Source of the DNA: Bugula neritina
Lineage: Eukaryota; Animalia; Bryozoa
DNA: 64,000 nucleotides
Assembly: GCA_964035545.1 (NCBI GenBank)
Contig: OZ037765.1
Coordinates: forward strand, 17,918,995-17,982,994
Reading direction: 5' to 3'
Every line of letters starts with the position of its first letter. Position 1 is the first letter of the stretch. Made by a program: the position numbers and the translations under genes. Shown piece by piece: positions 1-14,486 of the stretch. The notes under the pieces are model-generated. The model did no database searches, had not been told where the DNA came from, and was given only the letters and a program-made list of their open reading frames with translations.

Positions 1-1778
1 ACAAAGTGGTAATATAAGTATAACCATCTAAAACATAACAAATATATATATAATGTAATTTCATGAAAATATAATAATTATGAATTAACTTGGTAGAGTA
101 GTGCTCAGCCATACAGAGCTGGTTATTATCATCAGCATTCTGAGCCATAATTGACTGACACTTGACAATCCTGATAATTAATTAAAAAAAGGTGTTAACT
201 CAAATACTTGGTGCTTGCATTCCCAAACTTAGGATAGTTCTAGTAAAATATAAGGTGCAAAACCACAACTTTTTCTACAGAAACCACTAAAGTCCCAATA
301 GCATAAAAATAATAACTACAGCTAGCAGGCAGCGTAGTTTAACACAGGCTAAGTTTTAACTTTAGATGCCAGCACCAACTGAATCAAAAGCTTCATTGTT
401 AGCAGCAGTAGTATTACATCATATTTCAGGATACAAATCCTCTATAACTATTTTACTGACAACAGTGCACGATATACCTTTAATATTTGAACACATAATA
501 CAAAGCATTATCTTCTCCTCAGTCCAAGATTAAATGCCTTAAACTAAAGTCTATGACAACATTTAAAATCAATCACATTTAGGAGGAAGTATGACTAACA
601 TGGGGCCAATACAGCTAGACATATCCTCTATGCACCTCTCAGTTCCTGATAACAAACTGTGTAGGCACACAGGTTTAATAGAACCCAAACTACTGGCACT
701 GGTTATGTCCATTTATTGGTATTAGAAAACAGAACTCTGTGAAATAGGATCAGCAAAAGATATTATAATAGTCTCAGTCTTGAGCAGCTTCTGATTATAG
801 ACCGAGTGATCACCAGGCACCCAGCATAAACTAATATTTCTTAGTAAAACTATTAGAGCTCTAAGAAGCTTATAAAACACAATTAATATTTTATGTGCTG
901 TGGCTATCTGGGTCAACTTATATGGTTATTTGAAACAGAAACTGCCAACGGGTCATGCACACGTCATAGTAATTCAGTAGAAATTCACGATCTCCCTGAT
1001 AGTATAAAACTTGTTTATTTGGGAAAGAATGTTACGATACCATGAAGTATGACTGTGCAGTTTAATTTCCCACAGAACTATAATAATTGATCTAACAGTA
1101 ACTAAGCCCAAATTTACTGAAGCATACGTGATGGATAGCCAAGTGGCGTGATATTATTATGTGCTGTGATGTCAGATGTCATCAGAATAAACTATATATA
1201 TATATATATATTTATTATTATTGAGAAATACCAAACCAAAAACAAGTTTAGTGTTGCTATAGAGACAGCTAGATAAAAGTGGCTGAAGCTAGTAGACAGT
1301 GACTTGTCTAGTAAATTGGCAGTTGAAGAAAACCTGGTATCAGGTTCGGTGTTGATGTGCACAGTCTATTTATGGCATTTGACCAGAATACTTCAAGGAC
1401 TTTAACACCATTACCAGACTTTATACTGAAGAGTAAACCTCCAACTTCCAAACCTGTGCAACCCAGTGAGATGCCAACCCACTTAGATAAGTATTTATAT
1501 AAGATGCATAGAAATGCATGACTATGTTTTTCTTTAAACAAACAACTGGCCCATTTAGGTGTAGCAGTGGAAAAATTGAGATAGCCCAAGTTCTTTAAAT
1601 ACATTTATTTATAGATTTTGGTTTGGAGCGCAGGTGGAAACTTTGTGGGTTGAAAGTTTTGCGAGAACATAACTTCTTTTGCTACATTTCTAATCTAGAA
1701 CACAGGCTAATATCAATTTCTTCATTACTGCACCTATAACAGCAACTGGCCAATGAGCTGCAGACCAGGCAAACTCAC

Positions 1779-4700
1779 CTGAAAGCTGAGCTGGCAGAGC
1801 AAACCATAGGGGAAGGGAGCATCCAAGAAGCAGGTAAATGTGAGTGAGTACTAGACAACCTGCATCTTGTTTGTCAAGAAAAATCTGCAGTGCACTACCC
1901 AGTTGTGAGCCGAAGGGTGGCAACTGGCTGTATCTAACAAACTAAAAACATCAGCATTCATTGTTACATCTGATAAAAATAGCAATGCAATGCAACAAAT
2001 CTATTATACTGCTGGTCATTTACTAGTTCCATCAAGCAATAGTTGCATGTTAAGTGACCTTAGCAGCTCGAATGAAACTGCCAGTGTATACCTGCAATAT
2101 GAACATTCAGAGCAGATTTCAACTATCCTGAAAGGATATTTGAATCAAGCTAAGAATCTTGAATATCAGGTAACTTTGGACACATGACAGATGAGTTTAA
2201 CTTCCCACAGTAACCATTACGACATTATTCATGGACCAGTGATTGTCTGGCTGATATCAAGGATTTTATTAGACACGTTGGTATCCCTATTCCCCAGGAG
2301 GACTGACTGCCCATTAAAGCATGACAGTCCTGGTGGGTATCTATGATTTCACTTACCTCCACTAAGACGAAAATGAGGAAGGCCAGCACCGATGCTAATT
2401 TGGTAAATTCAGGATCATATATGAGCCCAGGCACAAAAATCATGACTGAAATCATATGAAAGTATTTGCGATCAACTGTGGTGACCTGCCAATGCTTTTT
2501 ATTGTAAACAAGTACCAGCAGTACTGCGGTAAGGGAGAGACCAGCCCAGTATAATAGGAGAAACACCTAAAATAGAAGAGAGTTCCTTGCAGAGTGCATG
2601 CATGATGCATATGAGTTCCCTTGAACAGCAGCTAGGTTGTCAACATGTTGGTATAGAGTATAGACACATGAACTCTATGCTGGTGCTACTTGTTGCCAAT
2701 ATAGGTTGGCCAGAAACCGGAGGACGAAAAGGTTTTGAATACTAGTTAGACTGGCAATGTTGACCGTTAATTTACCAGCACAGCACAGCTCATTCAGCTA
2801 TGATATACCTTTCCCCAAAGTTGTAAAAGAGGCTAGGAAATGCAGCAATTTGTTAACTGTGGGTTGGTTCACTCAGCACAATGACAATCCAGTAAATGAG
2901 TACAAACTGCAGCAGGCAAAACAACAGGACAGACCCCACATTATAGGCTGTACGCAAGTTGCCCGTCACCTGGATGTAAATTGTAGTGAAATAACCAGTC
3001 TACTTAGCTGGAGGTGATAACTACCACTTGTTGAGCTAATAACTGGTTACAAACCATTACTATTGTGACTGACATATGGCCTTACTAGCTATAAATAGAA
3101 ATAACAAAAGCAAGTATTAAACAGCTATAATCAAATAAAGATGGATAGATAAAATGGCCTCACACACGTGATCAAAATATTGTGAGATTCAGAAAAGCAA
3201 TTATAACCTTAATAAGAAACATAAACTGAAGAACTAGGTTAATGCGAGTGAAAGCAGAGAATACGGGTTTCAGGATATGATAAGTAGACAATGTAGTAGT
3301 CATAGAATGACAACCAAAAAACTGCCTAGTCAGTGTCTCATTAGGTCTGTCTAATACTTGGCCAGGAAGACAAAGGAGCTTTAGCCATTTCTCTACCAAG
3401 TTCCTGGAGCGCAAAACAAATGGTTGCCTCGACTACCCACGTAATAAACAGCATAATTATAATACTAAAATCAATTATGAGTGTAAAAGTGAAGTAGAAT
3501 CAGTTTAATTTCAACTTTATTTTATTTTTTCATAAGCAGCAGTTCTAAAGTACTGCCCATACAAAAGCTGATGAAATCCATCACCTCCAAGAGAAATCAG
3601 CCTTACTAGTAACTACAATAGACCACAAATATAGAATAATACCCCCAAACCTTGAGTAGGTTGCTAGTGGGGGGGAGCTATATCATTGGGAAATAAGCCT
3701 CAGAAGCCTGCTATGAGTGTACTGGAGTAAATCAGTGAAAACAAACATGTGTTTATCATAATATTATACTGATGCAATACCCTAACTACAAATGATGAAT
3801 GACATGAAGGAACCATTCTACTAGTTTCAAGACAAGGAAACTGAAAGTGTTTCTGAGCTCTACACCTACATCTAGCCATACTAACTGCATAATAGTGCTT
3901 ACCATTTGGTAGAAGTGCTAGCTAATGACAAGACCCTGTGTGACAAGACCCTACCCTTGCCAATAATGGTGTTTACTCACTAAACAGAATGTGTAGTATT
4001 TTGGCAATAACACATGAGAGATTAAAGGCCATGGCTAAACATGAAAACAACTCACTAAAGCAAGAACGTTCACTCTACCTGAGTGTTTGTGTGAACCAAT
4101 GCTGTTATCAGTGTCCATAGTTGCCCATTATATAGAAGAACAGAGAGCATTACTAATGCTGACAGTCCAGCCATTATATAAAACACAAGTCCTTGCAGAT
4201 GACGTAATTGTGTTTTTCCAACTAATATACTGGCCATCATAGGAAGAAGCACCACTGTTGATGAAATCTAGAAAGCAAGCATTAGTAAAAACAGGATGTA
4301 AAAGCAGTCATGAAAGTCAGTCACAAAAATGTTACAGTGCTTTCATAACTTTTAAGCTTAAGGGTATGGCATTGCAAAAAATAGGTTAAATCTATGCACA
4401 TATATCACATTGGCAAAAAAGGTAAAATATCTGTTGACACCAGAGCCAGTGGACTAAAATACACCGACAAAGGAAGTCATTGATGTGTTATATTTTTTGT
4501 CATTTTGAGATTCAGCATATCCTAAAATCAACTGGTTCTAATGCAATACTTCTATCAGTACTGTGTTCTATTGGCATAAAAATCAACACTCCATGTCGAA
4601 GGTCATCAGTTCAGTATAGATAACAGTATAGAACTTAGAATAAGACATTAAGAGAGCATTTTCAACATGTTATACAAAGTGACCTAAGGTTCTTCTTATG

Positions 4701-7700
4701 TACACAACACATGAATGAAGATGAAAGCTGAAAGTGACCCAAGTGGTAGGCTTGTAGCTTTGGTTTGGCTCAGATGACAAGCCAAACAAAAACTGCTGGG
4801 CAATGCGCTTCCCTTGAACCTTTCAACTTGTTTAAGTGATGGTAGCTCCACATCAAGCATGCTGTATGCTCAGCAATATCAACCTTGGTATCTTTGAATC
4901 TGCTTTGCAGCATACAGAATTATAAGCAGAGGACTTTACTGAGGATACCTAGCAAGGTCAACTGAGAGAGATGCCAAAATGGCCAGAGTGTTGGCCGAAC
5001 ATGACACAATGAGTTAGGTGCCAATTCCAGCCTGGACAATGGTAGTGCCAGGAAAAAGATCCAGTCACAATTGGTTTTATGCCACATTCAGCTCTCAAAC
5101 TATGTTGCCTGCACGGTGAGAGGTGCAGTCCATAGCTTAAAACGCTCTTAGCACCAGGGGTTCTCACAGGGATGAGAACCCCTGGTGTTCTTTAAACAAA
5201 TGTGAGAAATCAAACAAGGTTAGCAACTAAATTTCTAAGAATAGAGAAGAATGAGCATTGTTAAATTATATATTTATATATTTATTGACAGTAAGCATCA
5301 TTTGTTCTTTCTTGTTTACACAATGAACATGGAAGGTTATAAAATGCGGCAGCATTGGCAGCATAAACAAAAATGGCGGACACGGTAAAATGGTGTATTA
5401 GGCACATTAACTTTTCCACACCTAGCAGAACTGATTTTGCTATACAATTTTAAATTATTATTTCACACCCCCAAAAGAAAACCAACCCATTTAGACTGTC
5501 TATAAATCAAAAAGCATTCATACTTTACTATAAAATTTCTACTTTTTGCATTTCAATCTGTGTGTATGGGCTGCAGTGATTTCTGCACCCAGTATATTCG
5601 TTATTGGAATAAGTAGGCATGTAGATTCTTTTATTAGCCAATTGGCATTGAGAATTATTTATTTTTATATTACATTTGAGCTTAAAGAGTATTTCTGTTA
5701 CAGATGCTATTTGCTAAGTCACACAACTATGCTATAACACAATTCTAAAAGCAGAAAAACATGATCTTATTTTAGTTGTAGTTGGGGTGGTACTAAATAT
5801 AATAAATTAATTGTAATATTTTAATCTAAATTTTGAAATTACAATTTGTTAGAAACGTAAAATGTCTACAGCATTAACTAAATTACTTTAAGAAAATTCA
5901 CATGCAGATATTGCCATGGGGAATAATTGAAAGCAGCCATAAAATGCATCAGCATAAAAAGAAACTATAATGTAATCTTGCTATATTTTCTGTGTAGGCG
6001 TGTGAAATACGCAATATGTATATAAGTTGCACTGCTTACTGTACTGAGGCAGAACTGATGTTCTTTATTTGTAAAATCAAAGAACCAAACATGTAAATTT
6101 ATAAATTAAGCTTTCAAAAACAATCGCAATTATATTTGTGAGAGGCATGAGTATCTGAAATGCCGTGCCATGCAACTTGTAAGCAGATATCACAACATAT
6201 ATAATTTTGTAATAATTGTGTATTTACTCTAGAGTCTAGATGCTTAAGGTATTGGAAAGCCCAAATTTTTAAATCTACAAGTTGGGAAGCTCATCACTGA
6301 TTGGATTAGCCTCCCCCATCCTTATGAACTGGGTCTCTTGACAAAGGTAAAAATGTCACCAAGACTGCATCAGAGAATGTACAAGGTTTGGTTTAACCAA
6401 ATCTATATCAGCTTTTAATTTGGAGATCATGTTGTACACATATAGGAGTAACGTGCTCTTTTCTTGTAAGGATTAGTTTTATCTTGGAAACACAAGTCTA
6501 CCAACATTACATTTGGCAAAAAAGTAGGTGCCAAATCTTGCTAAAGTATTTGTGTCCCCCTATTTGAGTTGATTGAGAGCTAGTAGGTAGGAGCACCTTT
6601 AGCAGACTGTTGGTATTATATCAAGATTTAACTCGGGCAATAATCCTGGATATTGACTCTCGTCAATAAATGAAAAGCAATGATAATGCTGGTAGCAGGA
6701 CCATTATTTCAAACAGTTGTATGTTTCACAATAAAATGATGAATCAGGCATTAAGAAAGCTATGCAATTAATCAATGACCTATCATATTTTTGCACGCTC
6801 TATGAAAACCAAAATATAAGAAGAGAAAAACAACACATACGCAATAACAAGTTTTGATTCCGCAACAAATTACTCATACAAAGTAAATTTGATTCCAGTG
6901 AGAAATTCACTTCCATTCCGGGATTCGGGTTTTCAAGAATTTGACTCGAGTTGACAAGTATTATACTAAATAATAAAAGTTGTGGCTACACTTACTGAAA
7001 TCTAACTAAGTTCTAGTTCAATGGGTACATTTTATTGCAAGATTATTGTGGTGGTTTGTGAACAATCCAACAATACAAACTGAAAATCCTTGATATTCAA
7101 GATGAGGTCACAGTACCCAACTATACAAAGCATGTAGTCATCATATGCTTAGGATATACTGTTACTGTTTGTAGTGATAAAACCAACAACTGGTCTAAAT
7201 GATGCAGTACTCAGCCTAAGCTACTTATACAAGGTAGAACAAACAAGAAGCTTAAGATAAAGCCTAAATGACGTCAGATGTGCTAAATTGAGTAAAATGG
7301 TTGCAATAATTCATCGGTTAGAATTTCCGTCTATCTTTTAAAAGATAAGCTGAGGTTATTGATAGCACTATATGCTTTTGCTGATCAAACAATTTTAGGA
7401 AATAGTGAGCGATTCATTTGTGACATTAGTGTATGTTTTAGAAAAAGCTAGACAGTCACAGCAGATCAACAATGATCCATGACAGGCCAGCTGGAAGTCT
7501 GTACAACATACTACATAGGCATAAGATACTCATACACAACTATCAGTATCAATTCTCAGAAATGGGTACAATTTAAGGCCTACATACCAAAATAACATAT
7601 TCAAAAAGACGTAGCCTGTGCTCCGTTAGACTGGCTTGTGTATCATACTTCTTGGGGAATATCTGCAACAAAGATATAATGAGTTATCTTTAAACAATAT

Positions 7701-10700
7701 AAATTGTTTTCTGAAGAACAACTAAATATATATCTAGACACAGAACAATGGATGTTGATTTAAATATCACAGTGGAAATGACGCCATCAATTGTCACTAA
7801 GTCTTAACTTGCACAAATAAAATGTATAATGCCCCTAGTTTTCCTAAAATTCCATGCATTAATTGCGGGCCCTAAAGGGTTAACTGATATGAAAGGCTAT
7901 GCCATTATTGAACTGCAACACACAAACCCTAAAAATTATTTGTTCTTTTTTGGCAACTAAAAGAACTTTTCATGACAAATTGGAAGCCTAAAAACTAAAT
8001 AGCTTGAATTAATATCTAAGACAGGATTACCACTTTAGGATATAATTTCTAACCACTTAATATCTTATATACTTGCATTTAATGACTACACTGCATGTGC
8101 ACTCAATATTTGTGCAAAAATTAGTTTGAAGTTTAGGTTCCCAGTTATTAGACAGACAACTCCTCATTGCACCTACTAGTTCTAACTAGCTAGCATATTT
8201 CATAGTCTAACTTCATGTCAAAATTCTAAAAAGTATCATCTGTAGTATCAACTTGTTTGGAGAACTCAAAGCTAAAAGATCGCAAAGCATTTACAGAAAT
8301 TATGGGAAAATAAATATTCCCAACTGTCAAGCTAGCTTAATTATCTAGGGACCGTCTTCTGGGACACAATAATACTGATCATCACAGCTATACCTCTATA
8401 TTTCCAGCTTTGATAGCTTTGCATTTTGGAACAGAAGCCAAATATGACTACTCATAGCTACCAGCAAAATATAGCACCGTCTATACAGCAGAATGAATAG
8501 CTTGACCTTAACTGATAGTTCACTATGCTGTGCTTGTACTCCAGAATAATGCTTAAGGTAAAATATATAACTGTTACTTTTTGGCCTTGGCTGTAAACAA
8601 GTTTAATTTTCAACAATTATACAAACAGAAATACAATGTATTGAATAGCCAGTAACTTCATCAAATTGAGCAACAATAATTATGATCAACATGCATTTTC
8701 TTTCATAAACTGACATTCTCTGTGTAGCCTACTATTTGAAATTTGTCTTCATGAGTACTAGAGAGTAAGCCTAGGGCCACACTGTGCGTATTTTCGCATG
8801 CAAAAATTGAAATCACAAGTAGCAAAGGTGTCCACTGTGCGCGTTGAGAAAACTTTTCGCAAGTGCGAACCGTCTCTGTCGTCGTCACCTAATTGGCTGG
8901 TAGTGATTAAGCGAGCCCAATTTCGTTATTTTAGTGCTAAATTCCAGTAAATTGCGTTTTATTGAAAGCGGAGTGCGATTTAAAAATGAAAGCTTTATTT
9001 ATCACGCATCACTGACGCTACAGTGGACGCCTTTGCTACTTGTGGTTTCAATTTTCGCATGCGAAAATACGTACCGTGTGGCCCTAGGCTAAGAGTCTGG
9101 CATTCCGAGTTAACATCAGGGTAGCTAACCAAGTCAACTACACTAAATTTTCTGAGTGATTAGGTGGATTTTATTCTTAAAGCATAAGTTTAAGGCATAT
9201 CCACTATGTTTCAACTGGTTTAGATTATACAGTCACACAAACATTGGGGAGTTAACGTCAACTCAGCCTTGATGCATAGCAATATGTGATTTGTTGGCTA
9301 ATGAGATTACACAATTTAAAGACTTTACTTGAATCGTTGAAACTTCATTTATCTCCCCCAGCAAAAGTAATATAACGTAGAAAAATATTGGACGCCTATG
9401 ACCAACTAATGGATTGTACATTGAAAATATGCCTAGAAAGTGATCACAAGACGAAATAGTCTTTTTGACTAACTGAAATTGCTAAATTATATGAATTGTA
9501 AAATATCTTGGACTCCATAGAATATTTCTAACATAAAATATTTTTTACTTTACATATGTATTTACACGTTCAATTATTGCATTTATTAAATGGTATTACT
9601 CAAGTAGTACCACTTGAAATGAACTCAATTGCAGAATGAATGACATTGAAAACACTTGTTTTGAGTTGATTATATTTTAAAGTTGGATATTTCTGCCACT
9701 ATATTATACACTCATAGTCTCTCATACATTGTTGTTCCACTTACCCATAGACAGATAAATCTAAAAAAGGCACTGGTCCAAATTTGGCAAACCATCACTC
9801 CTTCTCCAAAAGAGAATGTTTTTGGGAACAGCTGAACAATTTTGAGCACTTTTACACCAAACAAGGCAGATAGAAATAGGATAAGCACTTGTTGCTGTAT
9901 CTCTGTCAATATATACATATAAATAAATTATTGTGTTGTATAGATAGTGTAAAATGTGATATGCTTAGCAGCTCAGATTGTGGAAATTTTGTAAAATGTA
10001 AACAATTAGATTATAATCAATTATATATCACAATATTTATAACATATATTGAAAATTGTCGATATGAGTCAATCACCACAGAACTTACAGAGACATGGCA
10101 GCTAAGAGCCATCAAAATATTAAAAAAAAACTATTTAAACATTTATGCAAATAAAAATTCATCATAAAGTTTTATAACTGTCAAAAAATAGTTGAAATTA
10201 ACTAATTTAGTTAGTAACTTAATTTACTTACTCATTTCACCAATTAGGAAACTTACAACAAAGCTAACAGTTGCTGTAAGTAGCGCAGAGCAAAATAAAT
10301 TTGGAAACCTGCCAATAAAATCAATATGGCAGAAGATGAACAGTACAGATATGACTTGGATTTGACCAAGAGCGGCTTCAATACCATACAAACCTAAAAG
10401 GAAATACAAGCAAGGTTTACAGTTTGTAATTGCCAATATAACATTGTTTGTAGCTAAAAACTCCATGACTTATAACACCTTCTCACAAAATAGATTTGTT
10501 TCATTTAATAACAAAATTTAAAACACAAAATATGATTACTCTAGTAAGATCACATAACAGGGCAGCTCAGATGCTAAAATGCAAATCTTAATAAATCATT
10601 CATATGTTCTACTAAAAACCTTAAGGACACCAGCCAAAGGACTACTTAAACCTGTGTGAGTTTAATTAACGTGGAAATAGGTCTGCAGTTTAACAGACTG

Positions 10701-11994
10701 TAGCCTGAGTAGCCTAAAACACCTTAGATTCCAGTCAAATCTATTAAGGTAGTAACTATGTTGATCTAAAACCAAACTCTAGGAAACACTGGCATCTCTA
10801 TAACATAGTCATACAACTACCCCAGACTAAACAAAACTTTCCGACAGCACATTGGCTTAACTAAATAGCTCTCTTCCAGTTCACAACAGTCTAATGACTT
10901 AACAAAGATCCAAGATACATAAGTCTTATCGACCAAAACAAATTATTAGAAGTATGTAATACTGGAAAAAGAAATGTTCTGAATTACCATCATTAGATAA
11001 AATACAATTGGTAAGCTGTAAAAAGGGGACCATCCAGATATAGATACTTCCTTTCAGGTTCAATCTCATACAATGTTTGAAGCTGCCATTAAACATAGGT
11101 GAGCTTAATCCTGAGTAAAGTACAACAAGTAGAACACAACCTACAACCAAAAACTAATAAGTTATTGTGGCATCATTGAACACAAGAAAGCAGACAACTA
11201 TCAAAATATAGAAAAGTTTGTCACGGTCTATGAATTTATGAAATTTAGTAAAAAATAGTTGAAAACTCAAAAAACTATCAAATTCAACATGTCTATAATT
11301 TTAGTACAGAAAAAGACATAACCACAAAATGCTATTTAAGAAAATAATTTTATGATGAAAAGTTGCGTCATAAGCCTTTTAGTTACCTTTGTGTGGTATT
11401 GTTTATTATTTATGGAGAGCAGCCATTGTCCTGCGATTAGTGGCATTGATCTAGCATGACAAGCATAGTAGGCTAGAAGATCAAACCTCAGCAGGACCAT
11501 TTGCAATGTAAGGAGTATTCGAGTATAAGTTCTGCTATACAATATCAAAATCTCTTTGACAAAACTGTGATTCCAGCATGACTAGAGCCTGCCTATAAGC
11601 TCTTACCACCATGATTGTGTTTCAGAGGTTGCGGCTATAAACAAGAATGAGTTTGGATAAACACTTATACCGCATTTCCATTGAATACAGTTTTTAAACC
11701 AGTTTTTTACATTTAGAATGTCACCCGTTCTTTCTGAAATATTAGTAACTGAGAAATCAGACAAATGAGTCAACTAAAATGCTTCTACCGCAATATTTCC
11801 ATCATAAAACTATTCTCTATTGATTGTCATTTACTTGACTTAATTTTTGGAAATATTACCAGAAAAATAACCAATGGCAAACCTAAGTTCAAATAACAGA
11901 TCTTGATTTGCTGTACATCTAAATCTGAATGAATTGTCCTAGCACTGACATAGAGAGCAGAAACACCAAGTAACAGTTGCTCTACAAGAATCAT
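1779..11994 (-). CDS. DOLK: Dolichol kinase, multi-exon; C-terminal exons presumably beyond the left edge
   Basis: GT-AG exons in consistent phase: 11883-11994 (MILVEQLLLG...), 10988-11140, 10232-10393, 9745-9902 (FPKTFSFGEG, cf. DOLK LPRCFTPGEA), 7588-7662, 4079-4267, 2357-2566 (DRKYFHMISVMIFVPG), 1779-1941 ([26 protein letters not shown], cf. [25 protein letters not shown]). The GVGD..AS / KKT.EG C-terminal motifs were not found in 1-1778. Confidence 0.92.
5152..5187. repeat. Perfect 15-bp inverted repeat with 6-nt loop
   Basis: CACCAGGGGTTCTCA-caggga-TGAGAACCCCTGGTG. Confidence 0.8.
8769..9089. mobile_element. PIF/Harbinger-type (Tourist-like) MITE, 321 bp, in a DOLK intron
   Basis: ~70-bp TIRs (GCCTAGGGCCACAC...TCCACTGT, about 5 mismatches) flanked by a TAA duplication (8766-8768, 9090-9092); non-coding interior. 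Confidence 0.88.
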
Positions 11995-12390
11995 GATGCC
12001 CAGATCTGTATGGTTGTGTCTACAAATAGAAAGAAAAAACTTTTATTAGGCAGAGTGCACAATAGGCATATTTTTATTGGAAAATTGATAATATTTTAAC
12101 AAATATATGCATGATTGTATATTCTTCTACACATATGTTCTACATGCTTGATCCGAAAAATAAAAAGAATTAAAATAATTTAACAATTGAAGCTAAATGT
12201 TACAAGTAATAGTTTGCAACTTAAATTTTACAATTATTGAAGAAACACCAGTCTAATAAAAAAATATATTTAGATACTCATGGAAAATTGAATGAAGTGT
12301 AAGGAAATTTTGCTCTCTACATTCCTTTTTAAGAAAACAAACCTTGATAATGGTATTGATTTAGTCTTGAGCTGACAAGTAATATGTAAT

Positions 12391-12820
12391 AGACCCTTTT
12401 TAGAGGTCCCATTATCCCCTTTACAATTAAGAGTTGTGTCCTCCCAAAGTTAATAGGTTGAACGTTTGTATAAAGAGCAAACTCATTAAAAATTTGAAGT
12501 TTGGCTGCTATTTAAAATACTAATTATGCCATAAAATTGTTTTTTTCAAGAGATAGATATTTTTGTATAAGCACACATATTAGCAGTTCAGAAAAAAATC
12601 TAAAAATATTAATTCTTTATGAAAAAATTTGAAGAAAAGAAACTTGAAAGTATTTTTTGTGGTTTTGGTTACTGAGCAATGCTGAAGTGGCACTTCAGCA
12701 TTGTTCAGCAACCAAAACCGCAAAAATGTGTCCAGGTTTATTTTTGTTCAACAATTTTCATTTTGGGAGGACACAATTTTTACTTGTAAGGGGGATATTG
12801 GAGACATCTGAAAAAGGTCT
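12391..12820. mobile_element. Non-autonomous DNA transposon (MITE), possibly ISL2EU/PHIS-type, with an internal palindrome
   Basis: ~60-bp imperfect TIRs (AGACC...TTGTGTCCTCCCAAA and its reverse complement) flanked by AT on both sides; 32-bp near-perfect hairpin arms at 12658-12722. Confidence 0.75.
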
Positions 12821-13819
12821 ATAAAATGTTTCAAGTATCTATACATTTTTATGTTAGAGCATTAAAAACACCGATAGCGAGTAAAATTTTTTCTCTTGGG
12901 TTTCATGAAAATTGATTTTAATTTTGTCCATAAGAATGTCAGTACTTCTATTTTCAGACCTTTTCGCTTGCTGTGAGACTTTGCAAGACTTTAGGCTATG
13001 AAAGAGATTAAGACTCGACTTGGAATCAATCTTGAAAAGAATCCTTCCGGAAAGTGAAATAGACTCTAAAGTCTTCTTAAGTTATAGCACACCATGATCG
13101 CAAGCTGAAAATAATAGTACATCACATGTTGGAATTGCAACCTAATGTGTAAACATACTGATGCTACTTTAGAAGAAGATGCGCAGGCAATGGCTTAGGC
13201 TTGCAGTAAATTAAACCAAACTTTGATAAAAAAGGCCTTGCTCCTATGTCCCCGACACTCAACTTATAAGTACCAGTTATCCCAATAGCAGACCTGAACA
13301 GCATTTAATCTAATCGTTTAGAACACTTTTACAAAAATTTCAGAGTTTGACTACATACATAAAATTGAGACTGAGTTAGAGTTCCAAAATTAAAAATATT
13401 TCATGTGCTTAAAATGTTTAAATCATAAACTGAATCACTGCATGAAGAAATCCTGGCAGCAGCCAGTTTTGTGTCTATAGTTTCCTAGATAAAGAAAAAT
13501 GTTACATAATGTACTCCACCTATGATCAACTTGTATTCATGCAAAAAGTGCCGAACAACGACTTGCAACAGCATAAGCTGCTAACTTGTTTATGATGTAA
13601 TTTGACCAATCAAATAACCAGAGTAGTCAAATCGAGCACACTAAATGATTAATGTGCTCTATATCCTATCAGCAGCCACTACAGCATTACTCAATAAGCG
13701 GATAAGAGCATTATAGTGATTTATAACTACCGCCACCCATCCCGGACCACGGCAGACCAGGTGAGAAATAATAGTGATTTATAAATTAAATATAATAATT
13801 CAACAATAAAAAAACCTAC

Positions 13820-14020
13820 GCAAGTTTATAGTCGCTATCTCTGTGAGAAACCCCTGATGGAAAAAGTTTTTGTTAAATTGGGCTAAGGACTTATTTAGAT
13901 GAGGCACAGGAGAAATTATGACTGGATGCTCTTCCATACATCACCAATGGCCTTTGTCTGGACTCGAACCCATGACCTCATGTTTATTAGGGCAAATGCT
14001 TTAACTCCTAGACCAATAGC
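13820..14020 (-). mobile_element. tRNA-derived SINE copy
   Basis: Minus strand reads GCTATTGGTCTAGGAGTTAAAGC (A-box like) ... GGGTTCGAGTCC (B-box), then GGAAGAGCATCCAGTCATAA; no intact cloverleaf, so SINE rather than tRNA. 3' boundary approximate. Confidence 0.65.
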
Positions 14021-14486
14021 GAATATAAAATTGAATATGTATAACTTAAACCATAAGTATAACTATATGGCTGAGTATGAGGCCTCACAAGTATGAGGCT
14101 GAGTGTAACTATTAGTGTCAATATGGCATACACCTACGGAATGTCTATTTATATTATTATAACTTAAAACTATAATTTCACCGAGTTATTTGTGAGACTT
14201 ATGAGTATCAGTATTACTATTAGTATTACTATTAGCTATATCTATAACATTGGACTTACTCATTAAGTTCAATGCTATGACATTAACTAAGTATTACTAT
14301 TACAGTTTAAGTTAGTTTTACTCATTACTGGTAACTAATTTTAACTTAGTTTTTATTTCTAGTTGAACTTTTACTTCAATTTTAGTGATTAGTCATTACA
14401 TTATAATTTTTTCTTTAGTAAGTTACTAAATAAACAACAACGGAGTAAGCTTAGAACTAAATAATCAAGTTTGAGCGCACTATGAT

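Noticed and set aside
1-1700. Remaining DOLK C-terminal exons; ORFs 722-916 and 1308-1604
   Set aside because: No DOLK C-terminal motifs or other recognisable homology; treated as intron
6905-6955. Patchy inverted similarity to ~13010-13060
   Set aside because: Too short and degenerate to define an element without an alignment search
13945-14020. Possible tRNA gene
   Set aside because: A and B boxes are present, but the acceptor and anticodon stems do not pair; better explained as a SINE head
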